Below, one piece after another: positions 27,701 through 40,918 of a stretch of 64,000 bases of DNA (within the stretch, counting starts at the first letter, position 1; each line of letters starts with the position of its first letter). The position numbers were made by a program, and so were the translations under genes. The notes beneath the pieces are model-generated. The model had not been told where the DNA came from and made no database searches. It saw only the letters and a program-made list of their open reading frames with translations. The stretch is taken from contig JAQGDQ010000013.1 of NCBI GenBank assembly GCA_030141605.1, positions 1,192,447 through 1,256,446 on the forward strand, in the 5' to 3' direction. This DNA comes from Tubiluchus corallicola (lineage: Eukaryota > Animalia > Priapulida).

Positions 27701-30700
27701 ATAACAACAATCTGTAGCACATTTTCATCTAAACCTGGGCAATATGAGCTGTGTTGTTAAGAATACACTACTGTACTTCGTTTACGATGGGTTAAGAGCA
27801 ACGTTATTAAAAGTTTTAAACACACGCGTATTGTAACTCGGACACGTTCAAAGTTTTCTTCTATTAAAAATCAATCATCCAATTCTGTATGTATCGGATT
27901 CCTTATATAACGGTAGCCGCTTTTTCACAGACATCTAATACCACTTTAAATGTCAATACAGAAAATGCATGTTTGCTGTAATCTCAATGTACCTGGATCT
28001 CAATAGGGCAACTGAGAGCTCTCTGGTTATTTTGCATTCTAAAATGGCAGCCTTATGCTAATTGCTTACAAAACTTTCCAAATTTAATTATAGTTATCAT
28101 CGGGTATAATACACACGCATGCACACACACAAGCACGCATGCACGCACACACAAACACACATACACAATCTCTAACCCTTTTTAACCTCACAATCCCTAA
28201 CCCTTTCTATCTCAGTCCATAATTCTCACAATCTCCCTAACCCTTTTTACCCTCACAATCCCTAATTTGCACAATCTCTCCAACCCTTTTTACCCTCACA
28301 ATCCTTAACCCTTTCTATCCCACACTACCTAATTCTCACAATCTCTCTAACCCTTTTTACCCTCACAATCCCTAACCCTTTCTATACCACACACCCTAAG
28401 TGTCACAATCTCTAACCCTTTTTACCACATAATCCCTAACTCTTATTATCCCTAACCCTCACAATCACTAATCCTTTTTTACTCTGCAATAATCCCTAAC
28501 TCTCACAATCTCTAACATTTTTTATCCCAACTATCTCTAACTCTATTATAAAAATAACCGAAACAGTGACGCAGTGTCTGGAAGTGCTTACTGACTGTGT
28601 AGAGTTATAGGTTTACATTAATTATATCTTATATGGCTCAATTACTGTGAGTCTGTGACAAGTTAACACTGTAGCTGCCTGCATTCTGCTAAAAGAATGA
28701 AATAATGGCATTTCAGGTGCTCAAGCAGCAGGATGGTATCTTTATACTATAAATCTCTTTTTGCTTCGCTTTCTTCAGCAGATGACTCAACATTTTGAGT
28801 GGCAAAGGACATAGCCATAAGTTGGGGAATATCCTTACACTGGCCTCACTCCTGGATTAACCACTAAGCAATATAAGCACGTGCTTAGGGTCTCAGGGGG
28901 AAGAGGAACCCCACACATTTTTTTAAAAATTAGGTCTACCCAAAAATAAAATGTACCGGAATATGTGTGGCAGCAGATATGTGAAATAGCTACCAATTAT
29001 AAGATGTCGTTTCCATACTTTAAAACTAATATCAGTTTTTATGCAGGGTAAAGCAGATGTCCTAGCATTTACTGTAAATAAATCTTACTGCAAGTTTCTT
29101 CATTTAAAGATAAAATTTCATTTTACAGTTTACCACTGTTTTTATTCAAATTTACATACATTTAGGGCGCTGCAATCATTTCAGTGCTTTAGGGCCTCTT
29201 GAGGTCTTAATTCAGCCCTGACTGGTTTTTGTAAAGTTGTACACAACTACAAAAATCAGTGTGAAAAATGAGGTGACAAACATTCTTTTAATGAATGATT
29301 TCTTATTGCACAAGTCTTATCTGCCAAGCCCCACTAATGCAAAACTGCAAAGAAGTAAATTATAACTGCACACAGTTAATATAGAATTTTTCTTACTAGC
29401 AGGAAGAAATACAATAAAATAAAAACAGAGACATGTTTGGACATCAATGCAGGATGAGGTTGGAATTTAGAGTTTTAAAACGCCACACGTTTTTCCTGCA
29501 GTTTGAAGAGGGGGAGGGGTGACCGTAGGTGGTTTCACCTGCTGTACTGCAGCCAGCTATCCAAATGTTGTGCCGATACGCATGTCAATTGAGTGCCATG
29601 TCAACGCTCATGGCAGAGGGGTATTGTGAATAACAAGAAAGAGGGGTTGTGTGTGTTTAAAACTTTAAATACCATTGCCGTTAATCCATTTTAAACGAAA
29701 TGCCACACAGTATATTCTTAACAACACAGCTCAATTGCAGCATGAGCTATTTTACACTAATTTGTAAAAAAATCCGAATCAGCACTTATTTCCCTAAAAA
29801 TTTCTAAGCTCCGAATTTGAACGATGACCTTGAACAATATCAGCCAAGCAACAACTATCTACATTAGGTAGGTTCTGTTGTTGAATGCTGGATCCTGGCA
29901 TCCAACAAATCAAATTAAAAAAAGTCAAAATCAGTATGAACTTGTGAACGTATTTCACATAAGCTGAATATGCATATATTTATCTTCAAGTAGTAGCTCA
30001 ACTGGCACACAGAAATAGCTAGGTGGATAGGGAAGAATGGAATGGCTAGCAAAATGTCTTCAGTCTTACCTATATATTTAATGCTTGCTAATGATGTAAG
30101 GTAAGCACCCCGTTAACACTGGTTTAGTATGATAGTATGTTTATCAGTGAAACAGTCTCAAAGGAAGATGAAATTACAAGGCTGTATTACTTTGTACGAA
30201 TTAATACGTGATGGAATTATTTCAGTGATGACATGAACTAAAAATCCTGTAAACTGAGATGACAGCACCAAGACTGATTTTCCTAATCTTTGTAACTTTG
30301 TGCTGTGTTGTGCCCTGCATTTATTACTATCACGTGTCAACCAGGTCAGCTCAGGTTAGGTTTGTTACACGTGACAAAGCCATCAAAAAAATTCTATTTT
30401 GGAATGACTTCGAAGGGCGAAAAGACTTTCTCTGGGGCCTCGGACAGGAACCCTTTTTGAAACACTGCCCCGAAGGCCCAGCTCAAAACTGCTTAACAAC
30501 AAGTAACCGGTCACATCTAAACAGTAGTGATGCAGTTGTTGTCCACTTGAGAAGCAGAAGTATATGGGAGCCGTTGCCTAGCAAGCTAAACCCTTGGCAA
30601 AGTTGGGCAATGCTTCTGGTCGAAGCACCACCGTATGCATTCATGGACTCTGCAGGTTTCAGTCCTCACAAGTTAAAACAGTTTAATTCCATTTTTACTG

Positions 30701-33700
30701 ATACAATCACTTATAGATTAGATTCAGATGTGGTCAGGTATTACGGTCGTTACGTGAAAGTTCGCGAGCATTTCAAAAATGACTTAGCGATTCTTATCAA
30801 GAAGAACTATGCCACAGAGAAGACTCGTTTAATTTCCTGGTTTGTGAGTAATTGTAAAACATCAAGCAAACGCGAAGACTACGTGACCGAATTACGGAAG
30901 TTTGTACCTGTTGATATTTACGGCAAATGTGGAAAACTGAAGTGTCCTCGTGGGGATGCAGAATGTAGCGTCATCATGCAACAATACAAATTTTATTTGT
31001 CATTCGAAAATTCCTACTGCCTTGATTACGTAACGGAAAAAATTTTCAACCCACTAAAACTGGACGTTGTGCCAATAGTGCTTGGAGGTGCAAATTACAG
31101 CTATTTTGCGCCACCGCATTCCTACATCAATACTGCAGATTTCAACTCTCCAAAGCAACTTGCAGATTATCTAGTGCTATTAGATAAAAACGATCAATTA
31201 TATAATGAATACTTTGCATGGAAGGACATGTGGAAACACCTGCATTCAATGAGCTTTTGCAAGTATTGTGAAAAATTAAATGAACCTTCACAATTTTTGC
31301 AGGTTTACCCTGACATGTACAAGTGGTACATTGCCGATGCCAAATGTAAATATTGGGACAAGTCCACAAAGAAATTTACTCTTATTCAAAATTTGTCCTA
31401 GTTCAACCAACAAACTTACAATGGTTGTCATTCGGTAATGAGAGGTACTCCAAAATAAGTTTAAGAAACAAGTAAAGAGAGTGAATAAGAGGAGTGAGGC
31501 TTGATGAACAGACCTGTAATACTGCCTTAAGTTGAACCAAGTATAGGCAGCCCAGGTTTTCGAAAACAATGCTCGTGCTTTGACACAATAATGCAGTCAA
31601 AAAGGTCCTATGACACTAACATTATTAAAATAGCAGTAAAACAAGTGCCTGTTTATGCTTTCTAGACATTCAAGCATGTAATCTGTTGATATAAGTTGTA
31701 AATAACAGCAACTTCTCTAGAACATTTGCTCATCCAGGAAAGCCATTCGTCCATGAGAGTGAAAAAATAATGAGAAGCTTTTAATTTAACAAAAATCTTT
31801 TATTATTCCTGTTGTACATATAATCTAGTTTTTCTACATGCAGTTGCAGAAAACAAAAACACATATGTATCCAGGGATGAGAAAAAAGATGAAATAGCAG
31901 TGCTTAGGGACCAAAACTGAGCAACACTAAACTTGATCAATAAATACAAAAGTGTGAACATTTCTAGGAATATTGCTTCTAGTGTGCCATACTGTTCCTG
32001 GCCATTTCGAACCCAAAAAACCTCTGCTGGTGCAGTGTCTCCTTTTTCTCAATTATGCTTCATAATGGCATGTTCCACTACTATTGTGACAGCTTACAGA
32101 GTCAAACTGTCATAAAACTTCATTATTTTTTAAACGTTCCAACAAACAGCTTTAACTCTGTGCATCGTGTGTTTGTAAGCTGCAATAGCATTTGTACAGT
32201 GCCACCTATTGATTTCATTAATTTCATTAATTGCATGTACTGCATTAATCTGCCAGTATCATATAATTTACTTTTCACTGCCTATGTTGTTTTTGTTATA
32301 ATGTTTCTTGGCTGTGCCACTCAGTTTGACTCAAATATGTCTCCTATTCATCATTGTAATATCTTTTATTGCAACATGTATTTTGCAATATGTTTTATAT
32401 TTTTCAAGACAAATACTGGCTATTATTACCTACAATCATGGTTATATGTTTACTTTGTAATTGTAAAGAAATTATATTGTACAGTCAAATTTGTGCTCAC
32501 TTTGTAATTGTAAAGAAATTATTTTACAACCTTTAAAATCATGTTAATTTCACAGAACAGTTAATTCAAACTGGCTTTTCTCTTGCTGTGAATGCATTTA
32601 TATGCATATAAAAAGTGTGCTGGCATTTGACTGATGGTGAGCTTGTCCTGAACATTAAGTTGTAAAAAGCTTGTAAATCTGTGTAACAAGGCTGTTGCTT
32701 GTAATTCTGTGCAACAAGGCTGTTGCTTGTAAATCTGTGTAACAAGGCTGTTGCTTGTAAAACTGTGTAACAAGGCTGTTGCTTGTAAATCTGTGCAACA
32801 AGGCTGTTGCTTGTAAATCTGTGCAACAAGGCTGTTGCTTGTAAATCTGTGCAACAAGGCTGTTGCTTGTAAATCTGTGCAACAAGGCTGTTGCTTGTAA
32901 ATCTGTGCAACAAGGCTGTTGCTTGTAAATCTGTGCAACAACGCTGTTGCTTGTAAATCTGTGTAACAAGGCTGTTGCTTGTAAATCTGTGCAACAAGGC
33001 TGTTGCTTGTAAATCTGTGCAACAAGGCTGTTGCTTAACAAGCTGTGCAACAAGGCTGTTGCTTAACAGCTGATGTTTGAGTCGCAAAATATTCAGAAAC
33101 GTGTCTTGCATTGTTAAAAGCATTTTTTTATAAACTGTGATATTTTTGGAGCTTTGCTTCAGCCAAACAAGCACACTGGCAAACTATTGTCCCAACTAGA
33201 TTTAAAAGTGCCAAAAAAATTAAAGTACATGTCAAACAAATATGAAGTAAAGTATAAATTGATGTTCATACTCATTGTGATATATTTTAGGCAACTAAAT
33301 GTGATTTAGAAGATAATAAAATATTTTTTGACTTGTACCTTGTGAAGAAAGTGTACAGTGATTTAATTAAACGTATAAGCAAATGATCAATAAAAAAAGG
33401 AAATTAAAATAAAATAACAAATGTAATGATCTTTTGGTTAATTGGTAACTAAGCAGCTGGAATACCACTTTATGCTGCTTTCCTGTCCTTTCCTCCAGTT
33501 TAGTTTTGATTACATGCAGTCACTGCCAGCCATAAAGCTAATATGCTCACAACTAATGCTGTATATACTTATAATTTGTACAAGTTAGGTAAAAAAATGG
33601 ACTTTTTGTGGATCACGACAATGGTGTCTGTGTAGAAATGTCTAAGCTCCAATTTTGCCAAATACACGTAAAAATTCCGTAAACAGTACAAAAACATGTA

Positions 33701-36700
33701 CAGTGCACACTGGCCTGAATTTTAGTAAAGGCCCGCTGCAATTTTAGTAAATCACAATCTGATGCACCAAAAAGAAAAGTTTCAATAGTTTAGACGACTT
33801 GTCACTAATGAGTAAATGAGTTGTTCGAAAATTTGTTTGTCAAGAAAATGTCTCACTTTCCCAACATTCTCAAGCAAAAAAACCACATCGAAGAACCACA
33901 CGTGTTCAAAAATGTCCTGAAATATTTAATCTGTGAATTGATCACAGTATATTTGCGCAACATTTGCCTTATTGCTTGTGTCACAGAAATTGCCAAACAG
34001 TTGCAAATATGTTGTAAATTTATGCGATATCTTTGTGATTGTCACATTTTTCGTGAAGCAAAAAAGTCCAAACTTCTATGCTTCTTCGAGAAATTTGCCC
34101 AAAATCATTTATAGTGTGATTCACAAATTAAACAAAAAAACACAGACAAGTGAACTTTTTGCTGGTTACATTCAAGAAGTCACACCTTCCGTAAAACCAT
34201 CACCTTAACTGATCAGTAACAAGGAACACGGGGCAGACAATAATGAAAACTTACTGCTGTTAAGCTCAGCAATCACAACCTTTCAATTAAAAAAAGCAAC
34301 AACCTGCCGAAATAAGTTTCAATAAACTTTCTTGTTTCATTTTATCAATAAAGCAAAAGTGCAAGTAAAACAACTTCAATTCTCGTTTAATACAATGTTG
34401 ATTAAATTTTGTTAAGACATCCACTCAGTCAAATATGAGTGATAAATTAATGGTTTTACACTGACTCCTAGCAGAGTGAATATGTTTATTGCCAATTAAC
34501 GATAAGCAAAAGCAGCGTTCATCCACAGTTAACCAACTGCTGGGTCCGCTAAGTTTATTACTGAACTGTTGTTACCATGGTGCAGTAGATAAAAACACTG
34601 CATGTTACTGTGCTTCTAATTATTTACTGTACAGAAAGTTTGGTCATTCTTAATATTACAACAACAGCCATTGAGAAACCCAACGATCTGTAACAAATGG
34701 TCTGTTTGCTTTTTTATTTGTTTGTTGCCAACTCTAGAACGTTCCCTGCATCTAAATCTTTAACATGTCCAAAGGGATTTTTACTTGTTCTACCAGTTGC
34801 CTATGCGAACATACGTGATGAATGATGAGTGTCTTGGCAGCTTTATAGTATTTGAAGTAACACAGAAGACATTATTCTTGCAAACCTCCTCTAATAAATA
34901 CTCCACTTTCGCAATGCCGCATGACGCCTGTCTACTTGATTTAAACAAGTATTTACTGTGACAACATACTACATACTATTACTCCACGAAAAAGCAGGCT
35001 GGCCTACTTGTCTGAACTGTTGATGAAAAAATAACAGTTTTATTACAGTAATAAGGTATGTCTCAGTTTACAAGATTAGTACAAAAGTGCCTAAATTGTA
35101 ATATGTATCTAATTCACAAATAGAATTAGTGTATATTGTTACGGTGAATTGATGTACAATATTAATGATCTCAGTCATCACAAAACCTCCCACTTTATTC
35201 AATAAATTCAATTACGTTAAATATCAGAATAAAATTTTCATCTTCAGCAAGGCTCTCACGCCCATTTAATGGCAAATCTAACTAAGATCGGTGACCTTGA
35301 GGGATGGCATTTAAAATAATATGCCAATGTTATCATATCTATGACACTCTGAAAAATAGTGTTTAGCCTCTTCAATTTGCCATCCACATACGCTACAAAA
35401 CAATTTCTCTCTACATGATTGTCAACAAGGTCACTTTTTATTTTGCTACAATTTATTTTTATCCACCATGCCTACTTATTTCAAACGTCTGTGAATAGAG
35501 ATATTCGAAGTAGAAATCTAAGTATTTGCATCATTCTCAGTTAAAAGTGTCACAGTTTTTCAATATAAAAGAAGAGAGGGTTCTGTTTGAAAATTTCAAT
35601 GTTCGGATAAATTGAATGTCATACACTTTACATAATAAAACATGAAATACTAATCTCTACATACAATAAAACAAATTAATACAAATTAAATAAACAGAAG
35701 CCACAGTAAAGTGGTGTTTACCAGACATCCAGTATGCATTGTGCACTATTATGTACTCAGCTGCATATAAACAACCCAATAGAAATAGATGCAGGTCTGT
35801 TTTACGCAGTAACACATAACATAGTCAGGTAACCCCCCCCCTGCTCTACTGAAGCTTTCTATTTCTAATGATGCCAAATTTTGCTTCTTTTTTGCTGAAA
35901 ATATGCAATGTTAGGAACAAAAAGAGGCATTTTAAGAGATTTTAAAATATCTCATAAAGTGTTTGCTAACAATTAAGCAAGTATTTTCATCCTTTCCCCT
36001 GAAACACACCTTGGTGCTTTACACTTGTTCTTGCGAAATAGATTGCAATGAGAAGCGAGTGAAATTTAAAAGTTTTCATTAATTTCATTAATTAGTTAAA
36101 CATACCTTCTGTGAGAAGACCTTTAATTTGTTCCTCTTTTTCAGACAGTAACAGAGAAGTTTCGCTCGCATTCAACCGAGAAGATAGTTCCTCTTGTGCT
36201 AACTTAAGCTGCCTCTTGACTGAATCCCGTTCCTGTTAAGAGAAAGCAGATTTAGTTATTAGACAATGAAGTAAGCTTGAACAGTGGCGATTTATAATAG
36301 GATTTCCACGCATACTGCAAACATGTATAAGTTTATGAACATAAGAGATAAGAACTGGAAGTTATTAGTACTAATGATATGCAGCAACTATAAACATTTT
36401 ATGACAATAACTAAATGATTGCACCTCACAGATGATCTAACATTAACTATTTTATCAGTAGGTGGCATTTATAATAACTTTATTTGGGCAGATTTTTATA
36501 GAAAATTCTCATACAAATGAGTTAAAATGAAAAAAATGTAAAGCTACAATACGTCAACCCTGTTTTAGCTAATGCTCATTAATCAATCAAATTCAACTCT
36601 GCAAAGCTATAATATGTGAACCCTGCTTTACCTAATGCTCATTAATCAATCAAATTCAACCCTGCAAAGCTATAATATGTGAACCCTGCTTTACCTAATG

Positions 36701-39700
36701 CTCCTTAATCAATCAAATTCAACCCTGCAAAGATATAATATGTGAACCCTGCTTTACTCAATGCTTATTAATCAATCAAATTCAACTCGGCAAAGCCATA
36801 ATATGTGAACCCTGCTTTAGCTAATACTCATAAATCAATCATACTCAACTCTGCAAAGCTATAATATGTGAACCCTCCTTTAGCTAATACTCTATAGTCA
36901 ACCATATTCAACTCTGCAAAGCCATGATATGTGAACCCTGCTTTAGCTAATACTCATAAATCAATCATACTCAACTCAGCAAAGCTACAATATGTGAACA
37001 CTGCTCTACCTATTACTCAACTTTCAATGATATCCAATCGCTGGTGCTAAGTAATGCTAGATTAACTTCTTACCCTAGAAGCAGCCTGCAATCTTCTTTC
37101 GGCATCGGCAATTCTGGCCGTGAATTCTTCAGTTAAATCATCAACATCAATGTTCTCTGCAGCAGCTTCTAACTGTACAATTTGACTGTGAATCATAAAG
37201 CAGTCATCATTTAAAACAAACAAAATTCAACAACCTGCAACTTTCATTAGTAAATTAAATAAGCACCAATATGTATAATACTAGCAAGTATGAATGAACT
37301 TTATCCCATACTAATTATAGAAGATTTTATCATGTTATGGACCAACAGAGACAAATTGTACATTATGCTAGTTGTCTCTTGAAGTAAAACTTTCAAAGTG
37401 TTATACTACTGATTTTTAAAGTACAAATTTTAGTAGTTTTGTCAATTAGTATTGTATTATATTAGTATTAGTATTAGTATTATGTCTAACATAAACAGAA
37501 GGGCCCTAGTTGGGATTTTTTACTGATCAACTAAAGCTTGTACAATTGTCAAATACTCCACTTCATCAAATCAATGTAATTGATCAAGTGATCAAAACAG
37601 CAAAACTTTTTTAAGTATGAGCAAGTTTGAAACTTTTTTGTACATTTATAGTACTTTCTTTGTAATGAAACATACTTAGCTAATTTAGCTATTACACAGA
37701 ACCAACTTATTATCAGTTAAAGGATCATGCTGATGAGAGAAGACTTTATCAAACTTTTACATAAGAGAATACAATTTTATGTTTAAAAAAGATTTTGTAA
37801 AAGTAAGTTAGTAACTTGCCAAGTTTCATCAGTATAATTTGGAATGAAAACACAGCACATTTCTATTAAAAAGCGTAAGCACTAAATCTACTAAAACTAA
37901 AGATGCAGTTTTTCTAATAAACCTAATAAACAATAAAACAAGACTGAAATTTCTATTTTTCTTCATTTTTTCCATTGATAGATAGGTAGAGGGATACAAA
38001 GTTTATTTGCATACAGTTAAGAACTGAAACAATTGGATTTACAATTAAGGAGACAATTAAAAGACATTAGCTGTAAACAATAAAATAATGAAAAATATAT
38101 GCTAAGATCATATAATGTGCGATACTGGTACAACATACTATTAAAAAAATATGCTATAACACAATAAACCATTAGTAAAAAAAAATCAAAAAATAAAAAT
38201 GAAAAACAATCTATTTGCCAAGATCATGTCAAAGAGACAAAACTGGAAATGAAGAATTTGTGACTTAAGACTCTCGGGTCGTTAAAATATGATACATAAT
38301 GTGATTAATGTTGATATGAGAACACAAACACCACAAGATGTAGTTTAATAAAACTGTGCGAAGAAATACTGATCATAGATTAAGCTTTTTCTGTTTTTCT
38401 GATTATTAAATTATTCTAGTATAAAGATTGAAAAAGTTTTGTTGAGTTTCATTCAGTAATTAAAAGAATTCATCAAGAAGCAACTTGGTAGAAAAAATAA
38501 AGGTAAAAGATCTATATTTCAAACATACTTCCTCAATATATTATTGGTTTCACGTAAGCTGATTGCTTCCTTATTAGCGTCAAGTAACTTGTCTTCTCTG
38601 GCTTGCAAAATCTCCATAGTTTCTGCCAATTTCTAAACAGCAATTTAAAACAACATACTTTAGCACTTTATTATACAACCAGCAAGAAGCATAGATCTGA
38701 ATAAATCGGTAAGTTTAATTGTTAAACAAACTAATTTTTTTCAAAGCACCAGGATACCTGAATTTACCTTAAATTCTTAAAAAAATCCAGATACGATTAA
38801 AAAATGATTTCGTACAGGCTCTTTATATAAGGGAGTCAATTTCACATTAAGAGGAAGATGGCATCAGACAAATCTCGATCATCTGTTTTTAGTAAGAACA
38901 AATATACAGGGTGTCTCACAAGTAACTACACGCTTTACATTTTCTATATTGTTTTAACAAACAATGCAAAATTTTTGAAAATTGGTATAGCTGAACTAAA
39001 ATCGTTGGCAATTCCTTTAGATGAAAATCTGAAAAGAACTACTGCACTAGAAGGCTTTACCTATTTCCACTACTTCCTTCAGGGACCGACCCTAAGAGTC
39101 TCAGAGACCAATCCCGTGGCAAGACGGGCATCTTGCATTGGAAAAGTCTCATAGCCCATGAGTTGTGAGGAAGGACAATATGATATAGTGAGAGAATGGT
39201 GTGGTTCATACAGCACTCTGAAACTTCTGCTGAACGTCAGTTGGTGACTGAGGGACCTCGTGTCAGACTGATCTCATTTCTAGGTCAGTGTCACTGCCAT
39301 AGCAACATGGTTCAGTCAAAAAAGAAACAAAAGAAATTCACAAAGACCAATTTTGATTCATGTATGAGCTTGCCAAGACTGGAGAAAAATTAAAAAAAAG
39401 AAAATTACAAGTCAAAGTGCATAGTGACTTTTGAGACAAACTGTATTATGGCTGGGAGTTAAAATGGCTCTCTGGCAGGTGCTGAATGTGCCACCCATCC
39501 AACTACTTTAGGTTAAGCCACAGTAAATACATCATCATTATTTTTGGGTCACCCTGACTCAACACAACTAAACCAAAACCTCCACTATGTTAATGAATTT
39601 TTCATTGAATTTGTTAATCTATTAGAAACTGCAACATACATAAAATGGCAGCTGCTGTATGATAGCCATGTAACGAAGTTTCGAAAAAGCAATTAGTCAA

Positions 39701-40868
39701 GATTAGAATAGCTACAAAATTACTTTTATCACACTGAAACAATAATTTAGTCATTAAAGTCTTCACTGAGAAGGTTTAAAAACCAAGACACCTTTAGTAA
39801 GCGATCTATTTGTTGTGGATCTCCAGCAATAGATGTCACTGCTTGGTCTACTGGTTGATGCACTAGAAGAAAAGCAAAACAATTCATGAGCACCACTATT
39901 TTGTACAACTACAAGAGCAACTCTGGCAAAATTACAAATCACACTGTTCCACAAATAAATGTGAAAAACAATGAACAACCGAGAGGTAGACAAAACAAGA
40001 GCATCAAAACATAAAAAGTAAACTAAAAAAACTCACAAAAAAAAGCAAATGCAACAAAGTAAACAATGCAAAAATACAAGTAGATGGAAAAGAGCAAAAA
40101 ATCCCATTTAAGCCGCGGTGACACAATTACACGGAACTTAGGTAAAAAACATAAAATGAAAGAAACATATTTTACTAATGAAATACTTACAAAAACTTAT
40201 CATCAATTAAAATTAATTGCTCTATTATTCACACAAATAAGCTACATGATTCTCCATGTAGTAATTGATAACTGTATTAGAATGTCTGAAGTTTACAATG
40301 AGACCATGGAATGTTTACGTAACAATGTGATTGTTGACATAGAATAATTTTCCTGTAATTATCTTCACCTTTAACACTGATCCTTGCAAACTGTTAGCTA
40401 AAATATTAAAACCACATTTTTATTTATTTCATTGAACTTGTGCCATTAGACAACACATGTATTTGACTTTTTTGCAAACAAAGCAGATAGCAACACTCAA
40501 TGACTGGGCTTAATTACTAATGTTGAGTAACTCATATATTGAAGATAAACCCTTAGCATAAGGCATGTTAACCACGTTTAGATATGTAATATATTTTATT
40601 ATCTATATCAAGTAGCCAAGCGACTTGGAGAATGAAACCACTCAGCAACAGTAGCCATCTATGTACTAACCAAGACAGCATATCTTAACTTCAGAGCCAA
40701 GCACAGACTGTGAATACACAGTTAATCCTCCCAAAGCACAGAAAATTAATATCATTACTGTCCTTTTTCCAATTTTAGTCTGCCATTTTACTTTTGTCCC
40801 CATCTGGCAAGGGCTTAATATAGATGGGGACAAATGTAAAATGGCAGACTAGAATTGGAGAAAGGACA

Positions 40869-40918
<50 letters not shown>

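Noticed and set aside
32561-33174. Three overlapping minus-strand ORFs (132-202 aa) and a CRISPR-like look
   Set aside because: All arise from a stop-free 28-bp head-to-tail minisatellite; there are no unique spacers, no cas genes, and the context is eukaryotic.
40610-40720. 5S rRNA-like motif on the minus strand (CCATCTATGTACTAACCAAG...CTTAACTTC)
   Set aside because: Short and degenerate; more likely an old SINE fragment than an rRNA gene.
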